A DNA stretch of 64,000 nt from an uncultured Ruthenibacterium sp. GTDB lineage: Bacteria > Bacillota > Clostridia > Oscillospirales > Ruminococcaceae. Of the stretch, positions 34,519 through 43,931 are shown piece by piece. The stretch covers positions 5,318-69,317 of the forward strand of contig NZ_CAUWGY010000002.1 of assembly GCF_963558415.1 (NCBI RefSeq), written 5' to 3'. A model generated the notes under the pieces. The model was not told the DNA's origin. It did not search any database and saw only the letters and a program-made list of their open reading frames with translations. A program made the position numbers and the translations under genes. Within the stretch, counting starts at the first letter, position 1, and every line of letters starts with the position of its first letter.

Positions 34519-35633
34519 TGTTCTATCTCCTTTTCATAAATACAGTGGACCCCTTTGTGTGCCATCATTCCGCCTAGACATGCCCGGTTGCACCGGACAC
34601 AGCGCCGAATCTCATTGACTTTTCCGCTCATCGCTTTGTTCGGCCATTGAGGATCTGCAATCAGTGCCCGACTCATGGCCGCACAATCCATTCGGCCAAC
34701 CTTTATCTGCTGTTCCACAAAATCCGGGTCTGTCAATCCGCCTACACCACATACAGGAAGAGTTGTCAGAGCACGCACCTGATCACAAAACGGCAGAAAA
34801 CATCCTTCCTGGCCAAAATACGGATGCTTTGCCGATGGTATGGTGTCCTCCAGTTCCCCGTGATTCGCCAAAGTCACATGAAAACTGGTCACACCGGCCT
34901 GTTCCAACAGCGGTATAAACACCGGAAGTTCGCTTTCCAGCACTCCCGCATTTCCATAGTGAGGATTTTCTCGGCGCACGGCCAACTTATAATCAATGGG
35001 AATATCGGGCAGTTGTTCGCGTACGGAACGCACTGCCTCGCATGCAAATCTTGCCCGATTTTCTGCACTTTGGCCATACATATCCGTGCGATGATTGTAA
35101 ATGCTGGAGCTAAAACTTCCGCACATCCGGTCTCCATGCACTTGAATCATATCAAACCCCGCCTGCTTGGCCAACACCGCCGCCCTGCCGAATGCGCGGA
35201 TAATTTTTGTGATTTGGGCTGTGGACATTCCTGTAATATAAGGTCCGACTTCTTTGTTCAACAGAGGACGAAGTTCTGCTTTTGAAATCTTTTTTGTAAG
35301 AACGCCGGGAACGTATTTGAACATCGCGCGCAAATTGGAGTCCGACTGATGAAGTTGGGCGCACAAAAGACAGTTTTCACTGTGTACTGCCTGTGCCAAT
35401 CTCTTGTAAAAGTCCATTCCCTTTTTGCTGTAAAGCGATGGTCCAAAGCCGTGCGGCAACACCGAAACATCCCCAATTACGATCATCGCGCAGCCACCTG
35501 CCGCGATTTGCCGCATACGCTCGATCATCTCGTCCGGCGCCACTCCCATGGATGTGGGAGCAAAGATGATTCGATTTTTCAATTTCAGTCCGCCATAAAG
35601 AACCGGACTTCCAATGGTTTGATAACTGCTCAT
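34515..35633 (-). CDS. NADH:flavin oxidoreductase, Old Yellow Enzyme family (TIM-barrel part plus 4-Cys tail)
   Basis: NRIIFAPTSMG start, HGDRMCGSFSS active-site region and C-terminal RCVRCNRACLGG..HC cysteines, as in 2,4-dienoyl-CoA/enoate reductases. The C-terminal FAD/NAD domain is absent (372 aa). Confidence 0.75.
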   Translation of the reverse strand: MSSYQTIGSPVLYGGLKLKNRIIFAPTSMGVAPDEMIERMRQIAAGGCAMIVIGDVSVLPHGFGPSLYSKKGMDFYKRLAQAVHSENCLLCAQLHQSDSNLRAMFKYVPGVLTKKISKAELRPLLNKEVGPYITGMSTAQITKIIRAFGRAAVLAKQAGFDMIQVHGDRMCGSFSSSIYNHRTDMYGQSAENRARFACEAVRSVREQLPDIPIDYKLAVRRENPHYGNAGVLESELPVFIPLLEQAGVTSFHVTLANHGELEDTIPSAKHPYFGQEGCFLPFCDQVRALTTLPVCGVGGLTDPDFVEQQIKVGRMDCAAMSRALIADPQWPNKAMSGKVNEIRRCVRCNRACLGGMMAHKGVHCIYEKEIEQ

Positions 35634-36043
35634 TTCTTTTCTTCCAAGCCTCTTTTAATCTTTCCTAACAGCATCTTCATTTGTGTCTGCTCTTCCAAAG
35701 TTAAAACGCTCAGCGCCTGCTGGTCCCAGTCAAAAAACACCTGATGGCTCACATCAAATGCCTGTTTTCCTTTTTCGCACAAATCCAAATGATACGCTCG
35801 CCCCTCTTTCCGGCGGCTGATAAATCCACCGTCCACGAGCTTTTGAATGCTTCTTTGACCATATCCCCAATCCATTCGCAGGGCGTGTACAAGCTCAGAT
35901 GGAGTGCACCCCGGATGCTTCCCCACATAAATCAATGGAAATAGTAAACCAAAGTTGAGCTCAACCGCCTGTAGCGCACGAGCGGTGTAACCTGAGAACT
36001 TACGATAAAAAACCGTGGTATAAAAAGCCAATGTTCCAAACAT
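35630..36043 (-). CDS. MarR family transcriptional regulator
   Basis: 137 aa. Winged-helix core CTPSELVHALRMDWGYGQRSIQKLVDGGFISRRKEGRAY. RBS AAGGAG. ATGA overlap with the OYE gene. Confidence 0.8.
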   Translation of the reverse strand: MFGTLAFYTTVFYRKFSGYTARALQAVELNFGLLFPLIYVGKHPGCTPSELVHALRMDWGYGQRSIQKLVDGGFISRRKEGRAYHLDLCEKGKQAFDVSHQVFFDWDQQALSVLTLEEQTQMKMLLGKIKRGLEEKK

Positions 36044-36135
36044 GTTTTCACTCCTTTTGTTCAGCGTCAGTATACTCCGTTTACTTGACTAAGTCAAGTA
36101 AACAAAAAAAGATTTTCTTTTTGTTCACAAATAGC

Positions 36136-36169
36136 AAAAAGGCGGCAGATACACCATCTGCCGCCTTTT
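36136..36169. terminator. Bidirectional rho-independent terminator
   Basis: AAAAA-GGCGGCAGAT-acacc-ATCTGCCGCC-TTTT, downstream of the hydrolase gene stop (36186). Confidence 0.8.
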
Positions 36170-36185
36170 ATTTGTATTCAAAGAT

Positions 36186-37181
36186 TTATTGACCTACTTG
36201 TCCACCCTTGTTGACAAAATGAATCTGAGGACCGCGTGTCAGAGGATAGGCGATCAGTGCGCTTGTATCCAAATTTTCTTCAAACATTGAAACCGCGCTG
36301 ATCTGGCTGTTGTCATAGGTTTTGTAATAATAAATTCCACTGCCTGCATCAATACAGCAGGAATAAGTGGTCTCATCGTATTTGCCTTCGGGTGTAATGA
36401 CCGTTCCGCGGACCATAGAGACCCCTTCCAAAATGTGAAAGAACTGATTTACCTTTTCTTCCGGCTCACCCGTCATCACCGCATTTTCTTTCAAAAATGC
36501 AGCCCGCACAAAACGTGACATCGGAGATGTATCTCCGGGCAGGCCCAAGGCTCCCATGCCCTGGCCATAAATCTGCAAATCCAGTGCCTGAGAAAAACGG
36601 TTTTCCGGTGGGCGGGCGGACAGCGACTGATAATTATTCAAATTCATCAGTTGGAAAGGGAACGGCGGATTGTTGGTCATAACTCCCACCGGATCCTCGT
36701 AAATACGAAGGCCGTCTTCCCGCGGTTCCGCCACCAAGGAACCCGTTGCATCCGCAATGTGCCAGTGCAGAGGTGCCAGAGGATATCCCTCGGCAAAAGG
36801 CTTTGAGATCAAGCGAATATTTTCCAAAAGGCGGCGCGCCTGTACCAACGTAGCACAGGTGCCCAAAACCAGAGGAATCAACTCATAGGGTGCCACATTT
36901 TCACGATCATCATCTACATCAGGAAAATACCACGCATTGGACGGAAAATTGAGTCCTGCCATATAAAGGCCTTTTTCATTGGCAGCCTCTGCGTATAGAG
37001 GAACATTTTTGGCGACACTCGCCATACCGATCATGGCAAAATGGCGTATCATGTCCGGACGATAGTGGAACGAAAAGGGGTACTCCCGAGGCGTAACGAC
37101 CACCTGTTCTCCAAAGGAATATTCAAGATCCAGATTTCGACCAAACAGCGCTGGCTCAAAAAAAGAAATACTCGTACACAT
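36186..37181 (-). CDS. Choloylglycine hydrolase / linear amide C-N hydrolase (Ntn family; bile salt hydrolase or penicillin V acylase type)
   Basis: The product starts MCTSISF, with Cys2 as the N-terminal nucleophile right after Met. About 331 aa, the typical size. The upstream 28-codon extension is rejected. Confidence 0.85.
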   Translation of the reverse strand: MCTSISFFEPALFGRNLDLEYSFGEQVVVTPREYPFSFHYRPDMIRHFAMIGMASVAKNVPLYAEAANEKGLYMAGLNFPSNAWYFPDVDDDRENVAPYELIPLVLGTCATLVQARRLLENIRLISKPFAEGYPLAPLHWHIADATGSLVAEPREDGLRIYEDPVGVMTNNPPFPFQLMNLNNYQSLSARPPENRFSQALDLQIYGQGMGALGLPGDTSPMSRFVRAAFLKENAVMTGEPEEKVNQFFHILEGVSMVRGTVITPEGKYDETTYSCCIDAGSGIYYYKTYDNSQISAVSMFEENLDTSALIAYPLTRGPQIHFVNKGGQVGQ

Positions 37182-37319
37182 AAAAAGTCCTCCCTGGTGA
37201 ACGTTTCTGCTTACAGTATAACCCATTTGCCATTGAAAATCACTCTTTATTCCTCCGAAACGCATAAAAAGTCATGCGTTCTGTAAAACTAATTCCAAAA
37301 GAAAAGGCGGGATCATTTT

Positions 37320-38171
37320 ATGAGAGATTCTTTCTGCGGGTGGTATTTTAAATGTCAGTCCAACAATCAAACATTGGCTTTTATCCCTGCGCTCCATGCG
37401 TCGGGTGGAACTGTCCACTGCTCACTCCAGGTGATTTGCCCGGATGGAAGCTGGACCATTCCTTTCCCACACAATGCTTTTCAAAAAGAAAAAGGACGAT
37501 TTGCATGGAAAATCGGTGACTGCCGCTTTGGAAGAGAGGGCATCACTCTCCATTTGAACAGCGAGGGCTGTCATGCGACTGGCGAAGTGCGCTTTGGACC
37601 TTTTGAGCCGGTGTCCTATGATGTAATGGGACCACTTGGAAAACTCCCCCTTTTGGAATGCCGACACACCGTTGTGAGTATGCGTCATCGGGTGGATGGA
37701 CAAATCATTATCAATGGAAAAGTGTACCGTTTTGAAAACGCTTTGGGATACATTGAAGGAGATCGTGGCTCCTCCTTTCCCAAAGAATACGCGTGGACAC
37801 ATTGTTTTTTCGAAGATGGAAGTCTGATGTTGAGCGTTGCAGATGTGCCGCTGGGCCCAGTCCACTTTACGGGCACCATTGCCATCGTCCACTGGCATGG
37901 GCAGGAATATCGATTGGCCAGTTATCTTGGAGCAAGAGTTCTAAAAAAGCAGAATGGCGAACTTCTGATTCGTCAAGGCACCGCGCTCCTTTGTGCCAAA
38001 ATGATGGACAAGCATGCACTCCCGTTGGCTGCCCCCATCAAGGGGCAGATGGAACGCACGATCCGAGAAAATGTCTCCTGCCGTTCTTATTATCATTTTC
38101 AAAAGAACAGAAAAACACTTTTTTGTTTTCTTTCTCCCGACGCATCGTTTGAATTTGAATATCCCATTTAA
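37320..38171 (+). CDS. Hypothetical protein (possibly tocopherol-cyclase-like beta-barrel family)
   Basis: 283 aa, soluble. The N-terminal FCGWYFKCQ resembles the GWYF start of that family. The assignment is weak. Confidence 0.35.
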   Translation: MRDSFCGWYFKCQSNNQTLAFIPALHASGGTVHCSLQVICPDGSWTIPFPHNAFQKEKGRFAWKIGDCRFGREGITLHLNSEGCHATGEVRFGPFEPVSYDVMGPLGKLPLLECRHTVVSMRHRVDGQIIINGKVYRFENALGYIEGDRGSSFPKEYAWTHCFFEDGSLMLSVADVPLGPVHFTGTIAIVHWHGQEYRLASYLGARVLKKQNGELLIRQGTALLCAKMMDKHALPLAAPIKGQMERTIRENVSCRSYYHFQKNRKTLFCFLSPDASFEFEYPI

Positions 38172-38200
38172 AAAACGAGGGCCTTTGAGGCCCTCGTTTC
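38170..38200. terminator. Bidirectional terminator between convergent genes
   Basis: AAAAA-CGAGGGCC-tttga-GGCCCTCG-TTT. Confidence 0.8.
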
Positions 38201-38882
38201 AAATTTTCTCATGTGAAAAATCGCTTTCGTCCAAAAGGCAAAATTGATTTCGGCTGGTTTTGAGCAGCCCATCTCGCTGCATCTTGGCCAGTTCGTGCGA
38301 CAATGCACTCCGGTCCACACCCAAATATGCAGCCAATTGCTGACGATCAAACGGAATGGAAAAAGTATTCGAGCCATTCCTCATGGCCTGATAAGAAAGG
38401 TAGGACAAAATCCGCCCGCGAATGGTTTTTGCGCATGTATGAAAAATTTTACGGGACAAGCTCAGATTTTTCTGAGCACACAGCGTTACCAAATTGCGAA
38501 TCAATTGACCGTGGTCATCACAGTTCTGCGGGCACTGCTGAAGAATGCGTTCCACATCCAAAAAAAGCACCTGTGCCAGCTCTCGTGCCACTACATCTAC
38601 CATGAGGGGTTCGCCGGCCACACAAGCATAGGCTTCTGCAAAAATGCCACCCGGTCCCAACCGATCCAACACGGTTTCGTTGCCCCAAAAATCCTGATTC
38701 TCCACTAGAACACTTCCGGACAGCACGATTCCCAACGACCGGACCACCTCGCCTGCCCGATAAATGCTCTGCCCTTTTTCAAACTGCTTGCGCCGTGCCC
38801 CTAAACATTTCAGCACCGCATCCATATGCTCCGGTGCAACGCCCTGAAACAAGGCCGTTGTTTTTAAAATCTCTTTGCACAT
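38199..38882 (-). CDS. Crp/Fnr family transcriptional regulator
   Basis: N-terminal cNMP-binding-like barrel and C-terminal HTH (RQQLAAYLGVDRSALSHELAKMQRDGLL). Confidence 0.8.
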   Translation of the reverse strand: MCKEILKTTALFQGVAPEHMDAVLKCLGARRKQFEKGQSIYRAGEVVRSLGIVLSGSVLVENQDFWGNETVLDRLGPGGIFAEAYACVAGEPLMVDVVARELAQVLFLDVERILQQCPQNCDDHGQLIRNLVTLCAQKNLSLSRKIFHTCAKTIRGRILSYLSYQAMRNGSNTFSIPFDRQQLAAYLGVDRSALSHELAKMQRDGLLKTSRNQFCLLDESDFSHEKI

Positions 38883-38952
38883 CCCGGTTCTTCCTTCCGC
38901 CTTGATCGCTGGATGCGTTCACTGTATTACACCGTGCTGAAAAAGTCAAGTC

Positions 38953-39426
38953 TTAGTTCAGCCGCCATACGCCCCAATTGAGATAGCCCGCAAAGGCAAC
39001 CCAAAGCAAATAAGGAATTTGCAGCCATGCGGCCACGGCATCTACCTTCCGAAATACCAAAATCATCCCGACAATCCAGCCCCAGAGAGCAATCAGCCAC
39101 AATAACGAAATGCCAAACCACTGAAAATTGAAAAACAAAATACTCCAAAAAAAGTTAAATGCCAGTTGAATCAAAAACAGACGCAATCCAAGTGTTCGAT
39201 TCGGACCGGCCGGCGCCAGATAAACCCGTGCTGCACTTACGCCCATCAAAAGAAATAAAATCCCCCAAACAATCGGAAATACAATGGCGGGTGGCGACAA
39301 CGGGGGCTGTACAATCGTTTCACTGTATATTTTTGCTCCTTCTCGAGTCAGCCAGCCGGACAAACCTCCCACTGCTTCTACACCCAATATCCATATTGCA
39401 TAACTCTTCCAATTGACACCATTCAT
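38953..39426 (-). CDS. tspO: TspO/MBR family tryptophan-rich sensory protein
   Basis: 157 aa, 5 TM helices, Trp-rich (GWLTREG..., PPAIVFPIVWGILFLLMG, WFGISLLW, AWLQIPYLLWVAFAGYLNWGVW). Confidence 0.85.
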   Translation of the reverse strand: MNGVNWKSYAIWILGVEAVGGLSGWLTREGAKIYSETIVQPPLSPPAIVFPIVWGILFLLMGVSAARVYLAPAGPNRTLGLRLFLIQLAFNFFWSILFFNFQWFGISLLWLIALWGWIVGMILVFRKVDAVAAWLQIPYLLWVAFAGYLNWGVWRLN

Positions 39427-39628
39427 GTGAATCCCTCCTCAAAATAGCATATGCATTCGATACTCCAATATACACTTTCCTCTATCTGATGCACTTTTCA
39501 CAAAAAGTTCTGCGCACCTCTATGCGAGGCGCCGAAACTTATTTTGCTTCTTGAGTTTCCATCGCAAATAAAGTATATTGAAATTGGAAACCAAAAATAA
39601 AAAATGAGTTTCCGGAAAGAGGTGCTCA

Positions 39629-40207
39629 ATGGACGCACTGCGTGACAAATGCATCCAGGCAACCTTCCAACTGTGCAGTCAGGAAGGATTGGATTTCACA
39701 ATGAGTGCGCTTGCCGCTCGGTTGGGCGTGAGCAAAAAGACGCTTTACGTATTGTTTGACAGCAAAGAATCTCTTCTGTTGGAAATGGTAGAAGTGATGT
39801 TTGCACAGGTAAAACAAAGTGAGGCGCAAGTGTTGGCGGACTCCTCTTTGAGTTTAACCGAACAGATTCGGCGCTTGGTGATTGTACTTCCAGAATCTTT
39901 TAAAACTCTGAATTGGAGTCGGCTTCAGGGAGTGGAAGAAAAATATCCAACGGTTTATCGAAGTATTTGTCAACATTTGGAATCCGGTTGGGCTCCCACA
40001 CTGGAACTTTTGGAAAGAGGAATTCAAACTGGGGAACTTCGTCCGTTCTCCATAGGAATTTTTCGAAGTGTGGTTGAAGGAAGCATGGAATACTTTCTTT
40101 CTTCGGATGCGCTTGCACGAGAGGGCATCGACTATGTAAATGCACTGGAACAAATGATGGACCTTCTCATGGAAGGAATCGTACAAAAGCAGGAGGAACA
40201 CACATGA
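39629..40207 (+). CDS. TetR/AcrR family transcriptional regulator
   Basis: N-terminal HTH (FTMSALAARLGVSKKTLYVLF). 192 aa. Its stop overlaps the GH2 start. Confidence 0.8.
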   Translation: MDALRDKCIQATFQLCSQEGLDFTMSALAARLGVSKKTLYVLFDSKESLLLEMVEVMFAQVKQSEAQVLADSSLSLTEQIRRLVIVLPESFKTLNWSRLQGVEEKYPTVYRSICQHLESGWAPTLELLERGIQTGELRPFSIGIFRSVVEGSMEYFLSSDALAREGIDYVNALEQMMDLLMEGIVQKQEEHT

Positions 40208-42582
40208 AACGCTATTCTTGGAACAACGACTGGTACTTTACTCCTTCCTTCCGTCCTCAGCTCACCGAATTGAAAAAGCCCGAAGCGGACCTTGTCCCGG
40301 TTCGTTTGCCTCATACTGTAAAAGAACTGCCCTTCAACAACTTTTCAGAGCAAGACTATCAAATGGTCAGTGGATACGTCCGTTTTTTTAACGCCCCAAA
40401 ACAGCATGCGTCGCAACGTGTGATTGTGCGCTTTGAAGGAGCCGCACATTTTGCCCGGATCTATTGCAATGGAGCGCCTGTGGGCGAACACGGCTGTGGC
40501 TACACCGCTTTTTCGGTAGATTTGACCGACCATCTGCGCTGGGACGGTCTCAACAATCTGACCGTGGAACTGGATAGCCGTGAGTCATTGGATGTTCCCC
40601 CCTTTGGAAATGTGATTGATTATCTCACATACGGCGGTTTATACCGAGAAGTTTGGTTAGAAGTAGGAGACAAAACTCGAATAGAAGATGTTTATGTGCA
40701 AGCGGATATCACCGGTGAAATCCGCTGTTTTCCCCACTGTCTGGAGGCGCAGGGATGCGAACTTCACTTGATTGTGACCGATGCCAGCGGAACCGAGATG
40801 GCTTGTTGGCAGGGAGATGCTCAAACAGCTCCTGCAAAGCTCCAAGTGAGAAATCCAGCCCTTTGGGATTGCGAAACTCCCGTTTTATATACCTTGACGG
40901 TTCGGCTGCTTCGAAAAGATCAGGAACTGGATATGCGGCAGGTCCGATTTGGATTTCGGCGCGTTGAGTTTCGTCCCGAAGGTTTTTTCCTGAATCAAAA
41001 AAAGGTCAAGCTTCGCGGGCTGAATCGACATCAGAGCTGGCCTTATCTGGGTTATGCGGTGCCTTCGCGTGCTCAACGCCTGGATGCCGATATTTTAAAA
41101 TTCGAACTTGGCTGCAATGCGGTACGAACCAGTCACTATCCCCAAAGTCATGCATTTTTAGATCGCTGCGATGAAATAGGCCTTTTGGTATTCACCGAAA
41201 TTCCAGGCTGGCAGTATATTGGCACTGAACATTGGAAGGCACAGGCTCTTCGCAATGTAGAGGAAATGGTGATACAATACCGCAACCATCCTTCTATTTT
41301 TCTTTGGGGAGTACGCATCAATGAAAGTTTGGACGATGATGCATTTTATTCTCAAACCAATCAAATCGCCCGCCGGTTGGATCCTACTCGTCCCACCGGT
41401 GGAGTACGAAACTTTCAACACAGCCATTTGCTGGAAGATGTGTATACGTACAACGATTTTTCTCATCATGGGTCCAATCCTGGCTGTGAACCGAAACACG
41501 CCGTAACAAAGGAGCAAAGCAAAGGATACCTGATCAGTGAGCACAATGGACACATGTTTCCCACAAAGGCCTTTGACAGTGAGGAACATCGCCTTTCCCA
41601 AGCCCTGCGTCATGCCCGTGTACTCAGCGATGCCGGCACTCACCAAGACATAGCTGGAAGTTTTGGCTGGTGTATGTTCGATTACAACACGCATCGTGAT
41701 TTTGGAAGCGGTGACCGAATCTGTTATCACGGTGTTCTTGATATGTTCCGAAACCCAAAACTTGCCGCTTACACTTACGCCAGCCAACAGGAACTTCACC
41801 CTGTGTTAGAAATCAGCAGTTCTATGGATATTGGAGAGCATCCGGGCGGAGCCTTGGGTACCTTTGCCGTGTTTACAAATGCCGACCGAATCGAACTTTA
41901 TCGCAATGAACAACGGATCGGAAGCTATGAGCCGGATCCTGGTTATCCGGGTCTAGCCCATCCTCCGATCTTGATTCGCGATACCATCGGCACACTTTTG
42001 GAACAAGAGGAAGGATTTTCTCCTCGCACTGCGGCACTGGTCAAAGACGTACTGTTTGACGTAGCCCGCTATGGCACCACTTTGCCTTTCTCCACGAAAT
42101 GCAAAGCTGCATGGCTGATGCTTTTCAAAGGATTTCGGTATGAGGATGGACTGCGATTGTTTTCGCGCTATCTCACAAGCTGGGGCGGACAAGTGGTGCG
42201 CTGGCGTTTTGATGCAATAAAAGACGATGCCGTAATTTGCAGCACCGTGCGCTGTCCTGGTGAAAGTCTTGCTTTGCAAGTTTTGGCAGATACTCAGGAG
42301 CTGTGCGAAGGAGATTGTTGGGATATGGCCACCATTCGCATTCGCGCCGTAGATGAACATGGTGCAATACAACCTTACTGCTGCCGGGCCGTGACTTTGC
42401 AGACCCAAGGGGCCATTGCCCTTGTAGGACCTAGCAGTGTTCCTCTTGCCGGGGGAATGAGCGGTTGCTATGTGCGGACCGTTGGGTTGTCCGGAGAGGG
42501 GAAACTCACCATTCATATGGAGGGCGCTCCGGATGTGGAGCTTATGTTTAGCGTGAGCAAACAACAGGAGGAACAACTATGA
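40204..42582 (+). CDS. Glycoside hydrolase family 2 protein (beta-galactosidase/beta-glucuronidase type)
   Basis: GCNAVRTSHYP motif, WGVRINES (acid/base NE) and the sugar-binding/Ig/TIM domain order. 792 aa. Confidence 0.8.
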   Translation: MKRYSWNNDWYFTPSFRPQLTELKKPEADLVPVRLPHTVKELPFNNFSEQDYQMVSGYVRFFNAPKQHASQRVIVRFEGAAHFARIYCNGAPVGEHGCGYTAFSVDLTDHLRWDGLNNLTVELDSRESLDVPPFGNVIDYLTYGGLYREVWLEVGDKTRIEDVYVQADITGEIRCFPHCLEAQGCELHLIVTDASGTEMACWQGDAQTAPAKLQVRNPALWDCETPVLYTLTVRLLRKDQELDMRQVRFGFRRVEFRPEGFFLNQKKVKLRGLNRHQSWPYLGYAVPSRAQRLDADILKFELGCNAVRTSHYPQSHAFLDRCDEIGLLVFTEIPGWQYIGTEHWKAQALRNVEEMVIQYRNHPSIFLWGVRINESLDDDAFYSQTNQIARRLDPTRPTGGVRNFQHSHLLEDVYTYNDFSHHGSNPGCEPKHAVTKEQSKGYLISEHNGHMFPTKAFDSEEHRLSQALRHARVLSDAGTHQDIAGSFGWCMFDYNTHRDFGSGDRICYHGVLDMFRNPKLAAYTYASQQELHPVLEISSSMDIGEHPGGALGTFAVFTNADRIELYRNEQRIGSYEPDPGYPGLAHPPILIRDTIGTLLEQEEGFSPRTAALVKDVLFDVARYGTTLPFSTKCKAAWLMLFKGFRYEDGLRLFSRYLTSWGGQVVRWRFDAIKDDAVICSTVRCPGESLALQVLADTQELCEGDCWDMATIRIRAVDEHGAIQPYCCRAVTLQTQGAIALVGPSSVPLAGGMSGCYVRTVGLSGEGKLTIHMEGAPDVELMFSVSKQQEEQL

Positions 42583-43931
42583 GTACAAATGTAAAACAAA
42601 AACTGGGATTTGGTCTTGGAGCTGTCGGAAAGGATATGGTCTATGCACTTGTATCCGGCTTCATTTTGTACTATTACAACGACGTGTTGGGAATCAGTGG
42701 GACCTTTACCGGCATCATGATGATGGCGGCTCGTGTATTTGATGCATTCAATGACCCCTTAATGGGCGTCGTCGTTGAAAAAACCAACACCCGAATGGGA
42801 AAATTTCGTCCCTGGATTCTGACCGGCACACTGATCAATGCCTTAATTCTCTATGGAATGTTTGCCATGCCAGCGTCACTGAGCGGTACCCCGATGCTCA
42901 TTTATGCTACCTGTGCGTATGTTCTTTGGGGCGTAAGCTATACGTTGATGGATATTCCTTTTTGGAGCATGATTCCGGCCATTACCAAAGCCGGCCGTGA
43001 TCGTGAAAATCTATCTGTCATTGGCCGTACCTGTGCCGCGGTCGGATATGCGGTACCGACTGTACTCACTATGTTGCTTGTCGTACGCCTGGGTGGCAAT
43101 GAGCGAGAAGGTTTTTCGATTTTTGCCGCCTATATCGCTGTCTTTTTCGTTGTAGCAGAACTTTTATGCGTCTTTTTAATTCAAGAAAAAAAGGCTGAAC
43201 ATTCCAAGTCCCCTTCTGTGCGGGATATGTTTTCTGCGCTTATTCACAACGATCAAGCCATGGTGGTCGTAGTTGGCATCATCGTGTTCAATGCTTCGCT
43301 TTATCTCACCACCCAACTTGCCGTATACTTTTTCAAATATGACATTGGAAACAGCGATCTGTTCAGTTTGTTTGGCACCGTAGGTGGCGTGGGCCAGATT
43401 CTGAGTATGGCCAGTTTACCCATACTGCGCCGCCGTTGGGGAAGCAAACAAATTTTAACCGGTGCACTTAGCATTACCATTTTGGGATATCTTCTTTTAT
43501 TTGCACTGAGTATGGCTGGAATTCATTCTGTGCCTGCTCTGGCTGCCAGCGCCTTTATTATCTACATCGGATTCGGACTTGCCACTGTTTTGACTACAGT
43601 CTTTTTGGCGGACACTGTCGACTACGGTGAATTGAAAACCGGCCGGCGCAGCGAGAGCGTGATTTTCAGCATGCAGACCTTTGTGGTAAAGCTGGCCAGC
43701 GCTATCAGTGTTTTGATTGCGGGTGTGGGGATTGATATGATTGGGTTGAACGAAGAACTGCCCGTCCAATCCGCTCAAACACTTATGGGACTGCGACTTT
43801 TGATGGTTGCACTGCCAGTGGCGGGACTCGTTTTTTCCATTGTTTATTTCATCCGGAAATATCGTCTTACCGAGGAAGAAAATGCACGAATTGCGCAGGC
43901 GCTTCGTGAGCGGAAAGGGAACGAAATATGA
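42579..43931 (+). CDS. Glycoside-pentoside-hexuronide (GPH):cation symporter (MelB-like MFS)
   Basis: 12 TM helices. GPH signature MMAARVFDAFNDPLMGVVVEKT. ATGA overlaps on both sides. Confidence 0.85.
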   Translation: MSTNVKQKLGFGLGAVGKDMVYALVSGFILYYYNDVLGISGTFTGIMMMAARVFDAFNDPLMGVVVEKTNTRMGKFRPWILTGTLINALILYGMFAMPASLSGTPMLIYATCAYVLWGVSYTLMDIPFWSMIPAITKAGRDRENLSVIGRTCAAVGYAVPTVLTMLLVVRLGGNEREGFSIFAAYIAVFFVVAELLCVFLIQEKKAEHSKSPSVRDMFSALIHNDQAMVVVVGIIVFNASLYLTTQLAVYFFKYDIGNSDLFSLFGTVGGVGQILSMASLPILRRRWGSKQILTGALSITILGYLLLFALSMAGIHSVPALAASAFIIYIGFGLATVLTTVFLADTVDYGELKTGRRSESVIFSMQTFVVKLASAISVLIAGVGIDMIGLNEELPVQSAQTLMGLRLLMVALPVAGLVFSIVYFIRKYRLTEEENARIAQALRERKGNEI

